64,000 bases of DNA from Patescibacteria group bacterium. Lineage in GTDB: Bacteria; Patescibacteriota; Minisyncoccia; Phycocordibacterales; PALSA-1337. The stretch covers positions 90,396-154,395 of the forward strand of contig JAGXAG010000001.1 of assembly GCA_018971685.1 (NCBI GenBank), read 5' to 3'. Both the position numbers and the translations under genes were made by a program. This document shows, in pieces, positions 47,210 through 56,424 of this stretch. Every line of letters starts with the position of its first letter. Position 1 is the stretch's first letter. The notes under the pieces were generated by a model that searched no databases, was not told the DNA's origin, and saw only the letters and a program-made list of their open reading frames with translations.

Positions 47210-49198
47210 ATGACGCAAAAGGAGGCATTGGAAATATTGAAGACCGGCGCGAATGTTTTCTTGACAGGCGCGGCCGGAAGCGGCAAGACGCACATCCTGC
47301 GGGAATATTTGGCGTGTTTGAAAGAGCGTAAAATCCCGGTCGGAGTGACGGCTTCGACCGGCATTGCCGCCACGCATATGGGCGGAGTCACCATACATTC
47401 ATGGTCCGGAATAGGAGTCAAAGACCAATTGAGTGATTGGGACATAGACGAAATATCGCAGCGGGAAAAATTATCGGCCAGAATAAACGCCGCCAAAGTA
47501 CTGGTGATCGACGAAATCTCGATGCTGCACCACTATCAGCTGGACATGGTGAACCGCGTGCTCAAGTCTGTGCGCAATTCGCCGGAGCCGTTCGGCGGAT
47601 TGCAGGCGGTCGTCTGCGGGGACTTCTTCCAACTGCCGCCGGTCTCGCGCCGGCCGAGATCGTTCGACGCGGACGGGATGCTCTTTATCGACGACGATTA
47701 TGATGCGGACGGCAAAGCCAGGTTCGCGTACCATTCGCGGGCGTGGCGGGAGGCGGAGTTTGCGGTGTGCTATTTGGAGGAAAATTACAGGCAAAGCGAC
47801 GAACAATATTTGCAGGTGTTGAACGCGATCAGGAATTCCGCGGTCACCGATGAAATCGTTGAAATCTTGAAGAGTCGATTCAAGGCGGCAATTCCGCCGT
47901 CTGCTCTGCCAAATAAAGCGGTTGCCGAAGCGTCCCGCGGCACAAGTTTTTTGAGTTCCGCGACTCCGCCGCGAAGCAATCCGTCGCCGCGTTTCCCAAC
48001 CGACAAGTCCGTGTATGTCCGAGAGGGCTTGTCGGTTGCGGAAACGCCGACGGTTGCGAGCGGCATTCGCGGAACTCAAAAAACTTGTGCCGCGGGACGC
48101 GAATCTGTTACCAGATTGTATTCTCATAACGCCAATGTCGACGCGGAGAACGAGCGGGAGCTGGCGAAATTGAAAACGCCTTTGCAAAAATACGAAATGA
48201 CCGGGCGCGGCAAGAGACATTTGGTCGAAGCGCTCAAGAAGAGCTGTCTGGCGCCGGAAGTGTTGAAATTGAAAGATGGCGCCAAAGTGATGTTCGTGAA
48301 GAATAATTTCGAAAAAGGATTCGTGAACGGCACTACCGGGATCGTGAAGAAATGCACGCCGTTCGAAATCGTGGTGGCGACCGATAAAGGGCATGTGCGG
48401 GTCGAAACGGAGTCGTGGCACATCGAAGACAACGGCAAAATCCTGGCGGAAATCGAGCAGTACCCTCTGCGGCTGGCTTGGGCGATAACGATACACAAAA
48501 GCCAAGGCATGTCGCTGGATGCGGCGGAAATCGATCTGTCTCAGTCGTTCGAAAAAGGCATGGGCTATGTGGCGCTTTCCAGGGTGAAAACTTTGGATGG
48601 TCTATCGCTTTCCGGCCTGAATAAAACCGCGCTTGAGATACACGGAGAGGCGTTGGAGTACGACAAATCATTCAGGGAACAATCGGACAGAGCGGCGGCG
48701 GAATTGGCGGTTATGCCGGAAGAGGAATTGAAGAGAAGGCAAACAGGATTCTTGGGGCCGGAGCCGGCGCGCACAAATATGACCAGAAAATCCCACGCCT
48801 CGCGAAGCGAGGTACCCCCTTTTTCAAAGGGGGATTTCGCGCGGCGAGACCAGGAAACTGGTTCTGCGAATGGGTCCAGAGAACCGAAAATACCGACGAC
48901 GGAACGAACAAGGCGATTATTGGATGCCGGAATGACGGTGGGAGAAGCGGCGGCGGCCAGGGGGTTGAAGGCGGAGACTATCATCAACCATATCGGACTG
49001 ATCAAGCGCGCGGATGATTCTTGGGACATTTCGAGGTTCAGATCAATCATACCGGCCGACAGACTGGAGAAGATCATTGAAGCGTTCAACGGATCGAAAC
49101 CGGGCGCGGACGGCTTGCCGCCGCTCACTCCGGTAAAACAAAGATTGGGCGCGGGGTATTCGTATGAGGAGATAAAAATCGCGAGGCTGTTCCTGTGA
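47210..49198 (+). CDS. PIF1/RecD-like helicase with C-terminal HTH, carrying two in-frame palindromic inserts
   Basis: GAAGSGKT, ASTGIAA, DEISM, GDFFQLPP, AITIHKSQG, YVALSR. Confidence 0.92.
   Translation: MTQKEALEILKTGANVFLTGAAGSGKTHILREYLACLKERKIPVGVTASTGIAATHMGGVTIHSWSGIGVKDQLSDWDIDEISQREKLSARINAAKVLVIDEISMLHHYQLDMVNRVLKSVRNSPEPFGGLQAVVCGDFFQLPPVSRRPRSFDADGMLFIDDDYDADGKARFAYHSRAWREAEFAVCYLEENYRQSDEQYLQVLNAIRNSAVTDEIVEILKSRFKAAIPPSALPNKAVAEASRGTSFLSSATPPRSNPSPRFPTDKSVYVREGLSVAETPTVASGIRGTQKTCAAGRESVTRLYSHNANVDAENERELAKLKTPLQKYEMTGRGKRHLVEALKKSCLAPEVLKLKDGAKVMFVKNNFEKGFVNGTTGIVKKCTPFEIVVATDKGHVRVETESWHIEDNGKILAEIEQYPLRLAWAITIHKSQGMSLDAAEIDLSQSFEKGMGYVALSRVKTLDGLSLSGLNKTALEIHGEALEYDKSFREQSDRAAAELAVMPEEELKRRQTGFLGPEPARTNMTRKSHASRSEVPPFSKGDFARRDQETGSANGSREPKIPTTERTRRLLDAGMTVGEAAAARGLKAETIINHIGLIKRADDSWDISRFRSIIPADRLEKIIEAFNGSKPGADGLPPLTPVKQRLGAGYSYEEIKIARLFL
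47930..48100. repeat. 171-bp palindromic element inserted in frame in the helicase gene
   Basis: Perfect 34-bp terminal inverted repeats; GAA on both flanks. Confidence 0.88.
48788..48837. repeat. Short double-hairpin REP-like element inside the helicase gene
   Basis: CCTCGC-GAA-GCGAGG followed by CCCCCTTT-TTC-AAAGGGGG. Confidence 0.6.
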
Positions 49199-49246
49199 GA
49201 GCAACTTTTTTATCAAAGGCGAAGTAATATATGTATTATAAAGGTA

Positions 49247-49843
49247 ATGACAAAAACAAACATGGCAAACAAAAATAAAGAAATATTGAAGATCGCAATA
49301 ATTATAGGTAGCACCAGGCCGGGCAGATTTGGCGACAAGCCGGCCAAGTGGATATACGAAGAGGCGAAAAGAACGGACGGGGTAGAGGCGGAATTGCTGG
49401 ATTTGCGGGATTATCCGATGCCTTTTTACGCCGAAGACCATTCGTTCAGCATGAATCCGGCGGTTTCCGACCAAACGGCGGAGAAATGGCAGGCGAAAAT
49501 CGGCGCGGCGGACGCTTTTGTCATCGTCACGCCGGAATACAACCACGGCCCCTCGGCAGTCTTGAAGAACGCGCTCGACTATGCGTACCGCGAATGGAAC
49601 GACAAGCCGGTTGCTTTCGTCGCTTATGGCAGTGTGGGCGGCGCCCGCGCGGTGGAACAATTGCGGCTGGTCGCGATCGAACTGCAAATGGCGCCGATCC
49701 GAAACGCGGTGCACATTCCGGCGCCGTGGTTCTTGGTTGACGGCAAAGGCGATCTGAAGCCGAATGCCCTGGATCCATTCAAGGACGCGGCAAAAAATAT
49801 GCTGGAACAACTGGTAAGATGGGGGAGGGTGATGAAAAGATAG
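49247..49843 (+). CDS. NAD(P)H-dependent FMN reductase
   Basis: GSTRPGR, TPEYNHG..AVLKNALD, GGARA. Confidence 0.93.
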   Translation: MTKTNMANKNKEILKIAIIIGSTRPGRFGDKPAKWIYEEAKRTDGVEAELLDLRDYPMPFYAEDHSFSMNPAVSDQTAEKWQAKIGAADAFVIVTPEYNHGPSAVLKNALDYAYREWNDKPVAFVAYGSVGGARAVEQLRLVAIELQMAPIRNAVHIPAPWFLVDGKGDLKPNALDPFKDAAKNMLEQLVRWGRVMKR

Positions 49844-49858
49844 ATTCAGAGCTAGATA

Positions 49859-50214
49859 AAGGGTGGGTACAAATTGTACATACCCTTAGCATAAACACTG
49901 CAGGAGGGACGCTGAAAGTGCTTTGTGCCAATACCGAGGGCATATTCCGCATCATTCAATCTATTCCATCGCCCAAGGCTGAGCCGTTCAAACGCTGGCT
50001 GGCGAGGGTTGGCTACGAGCGCATTCAGGAGATTGAAGACCCGGAGCTGGCCACCAAGCGCACCCGCGCCCTTTATAAAGCCAAGGGCTATGATGATGCC
50101 TGGATCGAGAAGCGCATGCGCGGTATTGCCGTTCGCGAAAAATTGACCGATGAGTGGCAGAAACGGGGGATTAGACTCTCAGGATTCGCGACCTATTGTC
50201 GTAAATTCAGTTGA
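49859..50214 (+). pseudogene. Internal fragment of a Bro-N/antirepressor-family gene
   Basis: RIIQSIPSPKAEPFKRWLA.VG.ERI.EIEDPEL; both ends missing. Confidence 0.75.
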
Positions 50215-50277
50215 GTCCGCAATCCACAAGGAATTGCGGTGTGCAGATTTTATTTTCGGTATCTACACAGTTGACCG

Positions 50278-50508
50278 TTAGGTTTTGATAAAACCCTGAA
50301 AATCTTCGGCTGGAACGGCGCCCCATCCTCTGGGAACATTGTCGACGATGCTCACAGCGATAATGGAACTCTTTCCCAGCTTTCCAATTTCCGTTCGGAC
50401 CTTCTCAACAAAAGCGTCGGCTTCTTCGGTACCCTTGAGAGGACCGTAAAAGCTTCGACTCGTGCTAGAAGTTCCGACACCAGTTAGGATAAGTGCGTAC
50501 TTTTCCAT
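50278..50508 (-). CDS. Hypothetical protein
   Basis: ATG start 1 nt after the stop of the upstream ORF. Confidence 0.5.
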   Translation of the reverse strand: MEKYALILTGVGTSSTSRSFYGPLKGTEEADAFVEKVRTEIGKLGKSSIIAVSIVDNVPRGWGAVPAEDFQGFIKT

Positions 50509-50509
50509 G

Positions 50510-51676
50510 TTAACAAACTTCGCTAAGCGCTCCCTTGGGTAACGACCCCTGTGGCAACCTGTCCTTGCGAACTATGCACGGTCTTACCTGCACGATTTTC
50601 GGTGCGGACGGATTGTCTCCTGTGCCAGGCGCTCGCCGCCAGTGACCTCGACGGAAGTGTGCCGATATTTCGACCAGTGTTGAACGCGCACTTGAAGAAA
50701 TCACTCTGAGAGCTTCTTTCTCATCAGTTGATAACTTGTGACAGAAATCAACCGAGCAAACGAGCGCTTCCTTTGTGATAACAGTCGCGTCTTTGGTCGG
50801 ATTCGGCACTCTCTGCCAATCACTTGCATGGCTTGACTCCGAGGGCAGGGTTTTGAGATATAGGCATAAGCCCACGACAAGACGCTTAATCATTTCGAAC
50901 TCAGCGTGCTCATCGAAGTTTTCGATGCGTGTCTCGTTTGTGACCTTGTCGAAATACTCGATACCATCACTCTGCTCCTCCGTAACTTTCCCGAATGTGT
51001 ACGGGATGTACGAAACGGCGGCGAATGTATCGGCTTTCTGGTCACTTGCCTTGGCGAGTAGTTCACTCGCAGTACCCCAACGGCGTTTACTGATCGCTTC
51101 CCGAATCCGCTGACGCACATACGGGGAGATTGCAGGAATTTCGCAGTAGCCTGGCGCAAATGCACGAATGCACATGGTATCTTCCTTGCACGCAATCCCC
51201 GTCTCTCGCGAGAATAGGATGCAGTCAAGTTGATGTCCACGAGAATCGCGGATCGGCGTCTCCAGGGTGATAGCGAATGAATCGAATGGCCAAGGCACCT
51301 CATCCCAACAAATGTCAGAAAGAGAAGTGGCCATCAGAATGTGGGCGAGATCGGACGACAGATGGAACACTCGCCGGGAATACTTGGTCCAAGCAGTCAG
51401 ACTGCAGGGTAAGAATTCCAGAAAGTGACCGGCTGTCGCCACGGCCTTGCGGACCTCGTCAACTCCGACATACTTGCTGTAGTCAAACTCTTCCGAGTGG
51501 CATTTGAGCAAGTACTTGCGGAAATTGAAGGCGTTAACCAGAGGACCTTGTTCGGGTAGAACAAGGTCGGGATGTTGACCGCTTGCCCTGCTTAGGATTG
51601 ACTCCGTTTGCAGGTGAAAGCAGTAGTTTTCCCAACGGCGCAGAGCGCCTTCGAGGTGCAGAATGTTCGTTTTCAT
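50510..51676 (-). CDS. Hypothetical protein with a C-terminal HFRRGHWR motif
   Basis: 388-aa ORF; motif is reminiscent of phage-associated proteins of unknown function. Confidence 0.7.
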   Translation of the reverse strand: MKTNILHLEGALRRWENYCFHLQTESILSRASGQHPDLVLPEQGPLVNAFNFRKYLLKCHSEEFDYSKYVGVDEVRKAVATAGHFLEFLPCSLTAWTKYSRRVFHLSSDLAHILMATSLSDICWDEVPWPFDSFAITLETPIRDSRGHQLDCILFSRETGIACKEDTMCIRAFAPGYCEIPAISPYVRQRIREAISKRRWGTASELLAKASDQKADTFAAVSYIPYTFGKVTEEQSDGIEYFDKVTNETRIENFDEHAEFEMIKRLVVGLCLYLKTLPSESSHASDWQRVPNPTKDATVITKEALVCSVDFCHKLSTDEKEALRVISSSARSTLVEISAHFRRGHWRRAPGTGDNPSAPKIVQVRPCIVRKDRLPQGSLPKGALSEVC

Positions 51677-51939
51677 GCTGTTTCAATGTTCTGTTCAGTG
51701 ACTTCCGAAAATTTACCTCTTGTAAGTATAGCATACTACGACATAAAAATCAAGAGCTGTCTAACAAGCTGCGGAATTATACAAGGAATTATAGAGATGG
51801 GAAAATAAATCCGGAAAATGACTGAAGCAGAACATTTTCGGCGGGTTTGGTGTAGAATATTCGCATGAATGACGAAAATGGCGAAAAAATTGATGAAAGT
51901 ATTCAGAGCGCGCCTGATAAGATGAAAAATAAATAAACT

Positions 51940-52154
51940 ATGAAAAAGAAGCATATACAAAAGAATGTGGTGATATTCTAATGGACAGAGAATTGGATGC
52001 CAATTCAGTATGTGCAAATTTTGCACATACTGCCGAGGACGGAAAAACATACCAAGTCAGATTTTATAATCTCGATGTTATCTTGTCTGTCGGGTACAGA
52101 ACCAATTCAGTACGGGCAGTAGAATTTAGGAAATGGACAATGTCCGATTACTGA
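51940..52154 (+). pseudogene. RhuM/virulence-protein family remnant
   Basis: AEDGKTYQVRFYNLDVILSVGYRTNS.RA.EFRKW then stop; separate short N-terminal piece upstream. Confidence 0.75.
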
Positions 52155-52200
52155 AGTCCGACCTCAGTAATCCAAAAGAAAAACGATTAACTAACCGCTA

Positions 52201-52230
52201 TTGACGAAAACCCCCAAGGTTTGCTAGTAT
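52201..52230 (+). promoter_or_regulatory. Putative sigma70 promoter for the rpsN segment
   Basis: TTGACG-18-TAGTAT with extended TG. Confidence 0.55.
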
Positions 52231-52347
52231 CAAAATACCTCAAAAAGGCAGTTTGCGAGGAAATGATTGGAAGCAGGCCGCGCGGCGGGAACGAAAAGCC
52301 GGCGGGGAGCTAACCAATCAAATTTTAATTGAGGAAATAAACAATTC

Positions 52348-52533
52348 ATGGCAACAAGCGCGATGATAGCCAGATCGGCCAAGAAGCCGAAATTCAAATC
52401 CAGAGTCGTCCGGCGCTGTTTTCGTTGCGGCCGCAAGCGCGCATATATGAGGGATTTCGACATGTGCAGGATCTGCTTCAGGGAATTCGCCAATGAAGGC
52501 ATGATTCCCGGCATCAAAAAATCGTCATGGTAA
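52348..52533 (+). CDS. rpsN: 30S ribosomal protein S14 (Zn-binding, type Z)
   Basis: RCFRCGR, MCRICFRE, GIKKSSW. Confidence 0.97.
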   Translation: MATSAMIARSAKKPKFKSRVVRRCFRCGRKRAYMRDFDMCRICFREFANEGMIPGIKKSSW

Positions 52534-52913
52534 CAGACCCAGTATCGGATTTGATCATAAGAATCAAGAACGGCAGCGATGCCGGACTTGGTGTTGTGGC
52601 CGTGACCAAATCAAAATTGATTGAAAATATCGCGCACGCGCTCAAAAAGGCCGGCTTCGTTTCTTCGGTTGAAAAAGGCAAGAATGACCGAGAATTGGCG
52701 CTCGGCATCATCTACTTCGATGGTGCGCCGCGGATACACGGAGTCGAACGGATCTCGAAGCCGTCGCGCAGAATATACCAAAAATCGCGCGACATCAGGG
52801 GATACAAGAGCGGATTCGGCAATGTGATATTGTCCACGCCAAAGGGAATATTTACGGATGTCGAGGCGCGGAAGATGAAAGTTGGAGGAGAGGTGTTGTT
52901 TCGAATTTGGTGA
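52527..52913 (+). CDS. rpsH: 30S ribosomal protein S8
   Basis: TDPVSD..IRIKN, RISKP, STPKG, GGEVL. Confidence 0.97.
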   Translation: MVTDPVSDLIIRIKNGSDAGLGVVAVTKSKLIENIAHALKKAGFVSSVEKGKNDRELALGIIYFDGAPRIHGVERISKPSRRIYQKSRDIRGYKSGFGNVILSTPKGIFTDVEARKMKVGGEVLFRIW

Positions 52914-52939
52914 AGTTAAAGAAATTATAATTTATCAAA

Positions 52940-53473
52940 ATGGCCCGCAACGCTAAAAAACCGATAATCCTGCCGCCGAAGACCGAAGCTTCTTTTTCGG
53001 GCGGCGTGATGGCGGTCAAGGGGCCGCTTGGTGAATTGAGAATGCCCTTTAAGGAAGGCGTGAAAATAACGATCGCCGACGGCAAAATATTGTTCGAGCC
53101 GGCGGCGGATACGATCCGGGTCCGGGAATTGTGGGGCAGTTATGCGGCGCATACCAGGAATATGATCGCCGGCGTAAACAAGCCGTATGAGAAAAAGCTG
53201 GCTATCGAAGGCATCGGTTACAAGGCCGATGTCAAAGGCAATGAGTTGGTTTTGTCGGTCGGATTTTCGCATCAAGTGAATCTGCCTATACCGGCCGGAG
53301 TCAAAGTAGTGTCGGACAAAAACGGCATTGCCGTAAGCGGCATCGATAAGGAAAAGGTCGGGCAATTCGCGGCGGTAATAAGGGCGACGAAAAAGCCGGA
53401 ACCGTATCTGGGAAAAGGGATCAGGTATGCCGATGAGATTATCAGGAGAAAACAGGGCAAGAAGGCGGCATAA
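52940..53473 (+). CDS. rplF: 50S ribosomal protein L6
   Basis: VKGPLGEL, GFSH, PEPYLGKGIRY. Confidence 0.97.
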   Translation: MARNAKKPIILPPKTEASFSGGVMAVKGPLGELRMPFKEGVKITIADGKILFEPAADTIRVRELWGSYAAHTRNMIAGVNKPYEKKLAIEGIGYKADVKGNELVLSVGFSHQVNLPIPAGVKVVSDKNGIAVSGIDKEKVGQFAAVIRATKKPEPYLGKGIRYADEIIRRKQGKKAA

Positions 53474-53491
53474 TATACAGACTATACGAAT

Positions 53492-53845
53492 ATGAAAAAC
53501 GCATTACAGATAAAAAATCAAAAATTCGAAAGGCGCCGCAAGAGAATCAGGGCGAAAATTTCGGGCACGAAGGAAAGGCCGAGATTGTCGATTTTCAAAT
53601 CGCATAAATATGTTTATGTACAGCTCGTCGATGACGACAATGGTTGTACGCTCGCCGCATTTAATTCAAGGAAAGTAAAGGGCAAAACGCCGGCGGAAAG
53701 AGCCAAAGAAGTCGGGTTGGGGCTTGCCAAGGAAGCATTGGCGGTTAAGATAAAAAGAGCGGTATTCGACAAAGGCGGATATCTCTATGCCGGCAAGATC
53801 AAATTGGTGGCGGAAGGGGCGAGAGAGGGAGGGCTTGAATTTTAG
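53492..53845 (+). CDS. rplR: 50S ribosomal protein L18
   Basis: GTKERPRLS, FDKGGYLYAG, AREGGLEF. Confidence 0.97.
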   Translation: MKNALQIKNQKFERRRKRIRAKISGTKERPRLSIFKSHKYVYVQLVDDDNGCTLAAFNSRKVKGKTPAERAKEVGLGLAKEALAVKIKRAVFDKGGYLYAGKIKLVAEGAREGGLEF

Positions 53846-53857
53846 GCAAAAAACAAA

Positions 53858-54598
53858 ATGAAAGACGACGAAATAAAAATCGAAAATGAACAGGAAGCCG
53901 CAATCGAGGCGGTCGACTCAACAGAGCCGGTCGAATCGGTGGAGCCGACGGAACCAGTCGAAACGGCAGAATCTGCGCCGGAAACGGTAATCGCGCCTGC
54001 CGCGCCGAGAGGCAAAGTTACGATGGGCAAAAGGATGCGCGATACGGCCAGAAAGGGCGGCCGCGGCGCGCGTGCAAACGGCGGAGACAGGATGGGCAGA
54101 GAACGGGGCCGCGGCGGCGAAAACAGGGAGAGGATCAAGCCGGAATTCGACGCCAAGATGATCGACATCAGGCGCGTGGCGCGCGTGGTTGCCGGCGGTC
54201 GCAGATACAACTTCAGCGTAGCGGTGGTCGCGGGAGACGGCAAGGGGCGCGTGGGGGTGGGTTTGGGCAAAGGCGCGGACACGGCGCTCGCCGTCGAGAA
54301 GGCGACGCGTGAAGCCAAGAAACATCTAATAAAGGTCCCGCTCTCGCCGCAAATGACGATACCTCACGCTGTCGAAGCGAAATATTCGAGCGGGCGCATC
54401 ATGTTGTTCCCGGCGCGCGGCAGCGGCGTGGTCGCCGGCAGTTCGGCGCGCACGGTCATCGAAATGGCCGGCATCAAGGATATTTGCGCCAAAATAATGT
54501 CTGGTTCGAAAAATAAGGTCAACATCGCGAAAGCGACAGTCGAAGCGTTGAATAGCCTGATCAAAATGCCAAGGACTATGATAATGCCGAAAAAGTAA
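53858..54598 (+). CDS. rpsE: 30S ribosomal protein S5 with a long acidic then basic N-terminal extension
   Basis: RRVARVVAGGRR, GRVGVG.GK. Confidence 0.96.
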   Translation: MKDDEIKIENEQEAAIEAVDSTEPVESVEPTEPVETAESAPETVIAPAAPRGKVTMGKRMRDTARKGGRGARANGGDRMGRERGRGGENRERIKPEFDAKMIDIRRVARVVAGGRRYNFSVAVVAGDGKGRVGVGLGKGADTALAVEKATREAKKHLIKVPLSPQMTIPHAVEAKYSSGRIMLFPARGSGVVAGSSARTVIEMAGIKDICAKIMSGSKNKVNIAKATVEALNSLIKMPRTMIMPKK

Positions 54599-54633
54599 AT
54601 TCTGGTTTACTCGACATGTTTAATTTATAAAAA

Positions 54634-55098
54634 ATGCAAACTCACCAACTAAAACGCAATCATCCGAACCGCAAGCGTATGATCGTGGCGCGCGGCGGCC
54701 ATCGCGGCAAGACATCGGGCCGCGGCGGCAAAGGACAGACAGCTCGCGCCGGCAACAAGCGCCGGCCGGAATGGCGCGATATCATAAAGAGATTGCCGAA
54801 ATTGCGCGGCCGCGGCGTCAATTCGCATAAATCGATCCAAACAAAGCCGGTGATTGTAAATCTGAACGCGATTGAAGAAATATTCGCCAATGGCGATAAA
54901 GTTACGCCGGCGATCCTGATGGAAAACGGCGTGATCGCGACGGTTTCCGGCAAAGTTCAGGCAGTCAAAATATTGGGCGGCGGGGAATTGACCAAAGGAA
55001 TTAAAGTAAGCGGATGCAAAGTGTCAGAAGCGGCCAAATCCAAGATCGAAAAAGCGGGCGGGTCGATAGAAATAATAAAAAGCAAAGTAGCAAGTTAA
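54634..55098 (+). CDS. rplO: 50S ribosomal protein L15
   Basis: GKTSGRGGKGQTAR, RLPKLRG, KIEKAGG. Confidence 0.97.
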   Translation: MQTHQLKRNHPNRKRMIVARGGHRGKTSGRGGKGQTARAGNKRRPEWRDIIKRLPKLRGRGVNSHKSIQTKPVIVNLNAIEEIFANGDKVTPAILMENGVIATVSGKVQAVKILGGGELTKGIKVSGCKVSEAAKSKIEKAGGSIEIIKSKVAS

Positions 55099-55119
55099 TC
55101 TGTGGTCAGTTGGCGGCAT

Positions 55120-56400
55120 ATGCAAGATTTTTCTCAAAAATTTATGAATGCCCTGAAAGATCCGACTCTGAGAAAGCGTATCGGTTTTACGATAATTGCG
55201 CTTGTTCTCTTCAGGGTATTGGCGGCTATTCCGATTCCCGGTGTCGATGCGGCTAACTTGGCGAAACTGCTGTCGTCGAGCCAATTGTTCGGATTTTTCA
55301 GTATTTTCTCCGGCAGCGGCCTTTCGAACTTGTCGATCGTCATGTTGGGCGTAGGCCCGTTCATCACGGCTTCGATCGTCATCCAATTGCTTACAATGAT
55401 GCTGCCTCGATGGAAAGCGCTGATGCACGAAGAGGGCGAGGCCGGCCGCATGAAATTGTCTCAGTATTCGCGTCTGCTCTCGGTGCCGCTGGCTCTCATC
55501 TCGGCGGTCGGCTTTATCGAGCTTTTGCAGTCGCAAGGCGTATTGCCGCATCTGGGTATCGCGTCATTGATTTTCAATGCGGTGGTTATCACCGCCGGAT
55601 CGACCTTGTTGATGTGGATTGGCGAATTGATTTCGGAATTTGGCGTTGGCAATGGAGTGTCGCTCATTATTTTTGCCGGTATAATTTCGCGTCTGCCGAC
55701 CGACTCTATGCAGGCTTATACAAGGCTTTCCGGCGACATGTCGCTTTTGCCGGTATACCTCATAATCCTGGCGGTTTCGGTGGTGATCGTGGCGGGAGTG
55801 GTGTATGTGACGGAGGCGGAACGGTCGGTGCCGATAACTTATGCCAAGCAAGTGCGCGGCAACAAAGTCTACGGCGGCGCGGCGACATATCTGCCGTTGC
55901 GCCTGAACCAGGCCGGCGTTATCCCGATAATCTTCGCGCTTTCGATCATAATTTTCCCGAGAATAATAGCCGGCGCGCTTTCAAAGGTGTCGAATGACAC
56001 TATCGCGAGCTTTGCCGTGTGGGTTTCGGGCGTTTTCAACAACCAGTGGGTATACGGCACGCTGTATTTCATCCTGGTGGTGGCTTTCACTTATTTCTAC
56101 ACGGCGGTTACTTTTGACCCCAAGATGATCTCCGAAAATCTCCAGCGTTCGGGCGCGTTCGTTCCGGGAGTCAGGCCGGGCGAGCACACGGAACACCATC
56201 TGGCGAACATTGTCACACGCATCACGCTGGTCGGCGCGCTATTCCTGGGCATCGTGGCGGTCTTGCCGTTCATCATCCAGGCTTTCACTCAAGGAGACCA
56301 GTCGGTCGCTATCGGCGGCACGGCATTACTCATCGTGGTTTCGGTGGTTATCGATCTCCTGAAGAAGATAGAGGCGCAAGTGGCGATGCGGGAGTATTGA
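55120..56400 (+). CDS. secY: Preprotein translocase SecY
   Basis: LGVGPFITASI, GVGNGVSLIIF, GVIPIIFA, PGVRPG, GGTALLIVV. Confidence 0.98.
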   Translation: MQDFSQKFMNALKDPTLRKRIGFTIIALVLFRVLAAIPIPGVDAANLAKLLSSSQLFGFFSIFSGSGLSNLSIVMLGVGPFITASIVIQLLTMMLPRWKALMHEEGEAGRMKLSQYSRLLSVPLALISAVGFIELLQSQGVLPHLGIASLIFNAVVITAGSTLLMWIGELISEFGVGNGVSLIIFAGIISRLPTDSMQAYTRLSGDMSLLPVYLIILAVSVVIVAGVVYVTEAERSVPITYAKQVRGNKVYGGAATYLPLRLNQAGVIPIIFALSIIIFPRIIAGALSKVSNDTIASFAVWVSGVFNNQWVYGTLYFILVVAFTYFYTAVTFDPKMISENLQRSGAFVPGVRPGEHTEHHLANIVTRITLVGALFLGIVAVLPFIIQAFTQGDQSVAIGGTALLIVVSVVIDLLKKIEAQVAMREY

Positions 56401-56424
56401 CTGTATAATCAGGCGGTAAGCCAA

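Noticed and set aside
54599-54633. Absence of rpmD (L30) as a novelty
   Set aside because: Established feature of CPR bacteria; used only as taxonomic evidence.
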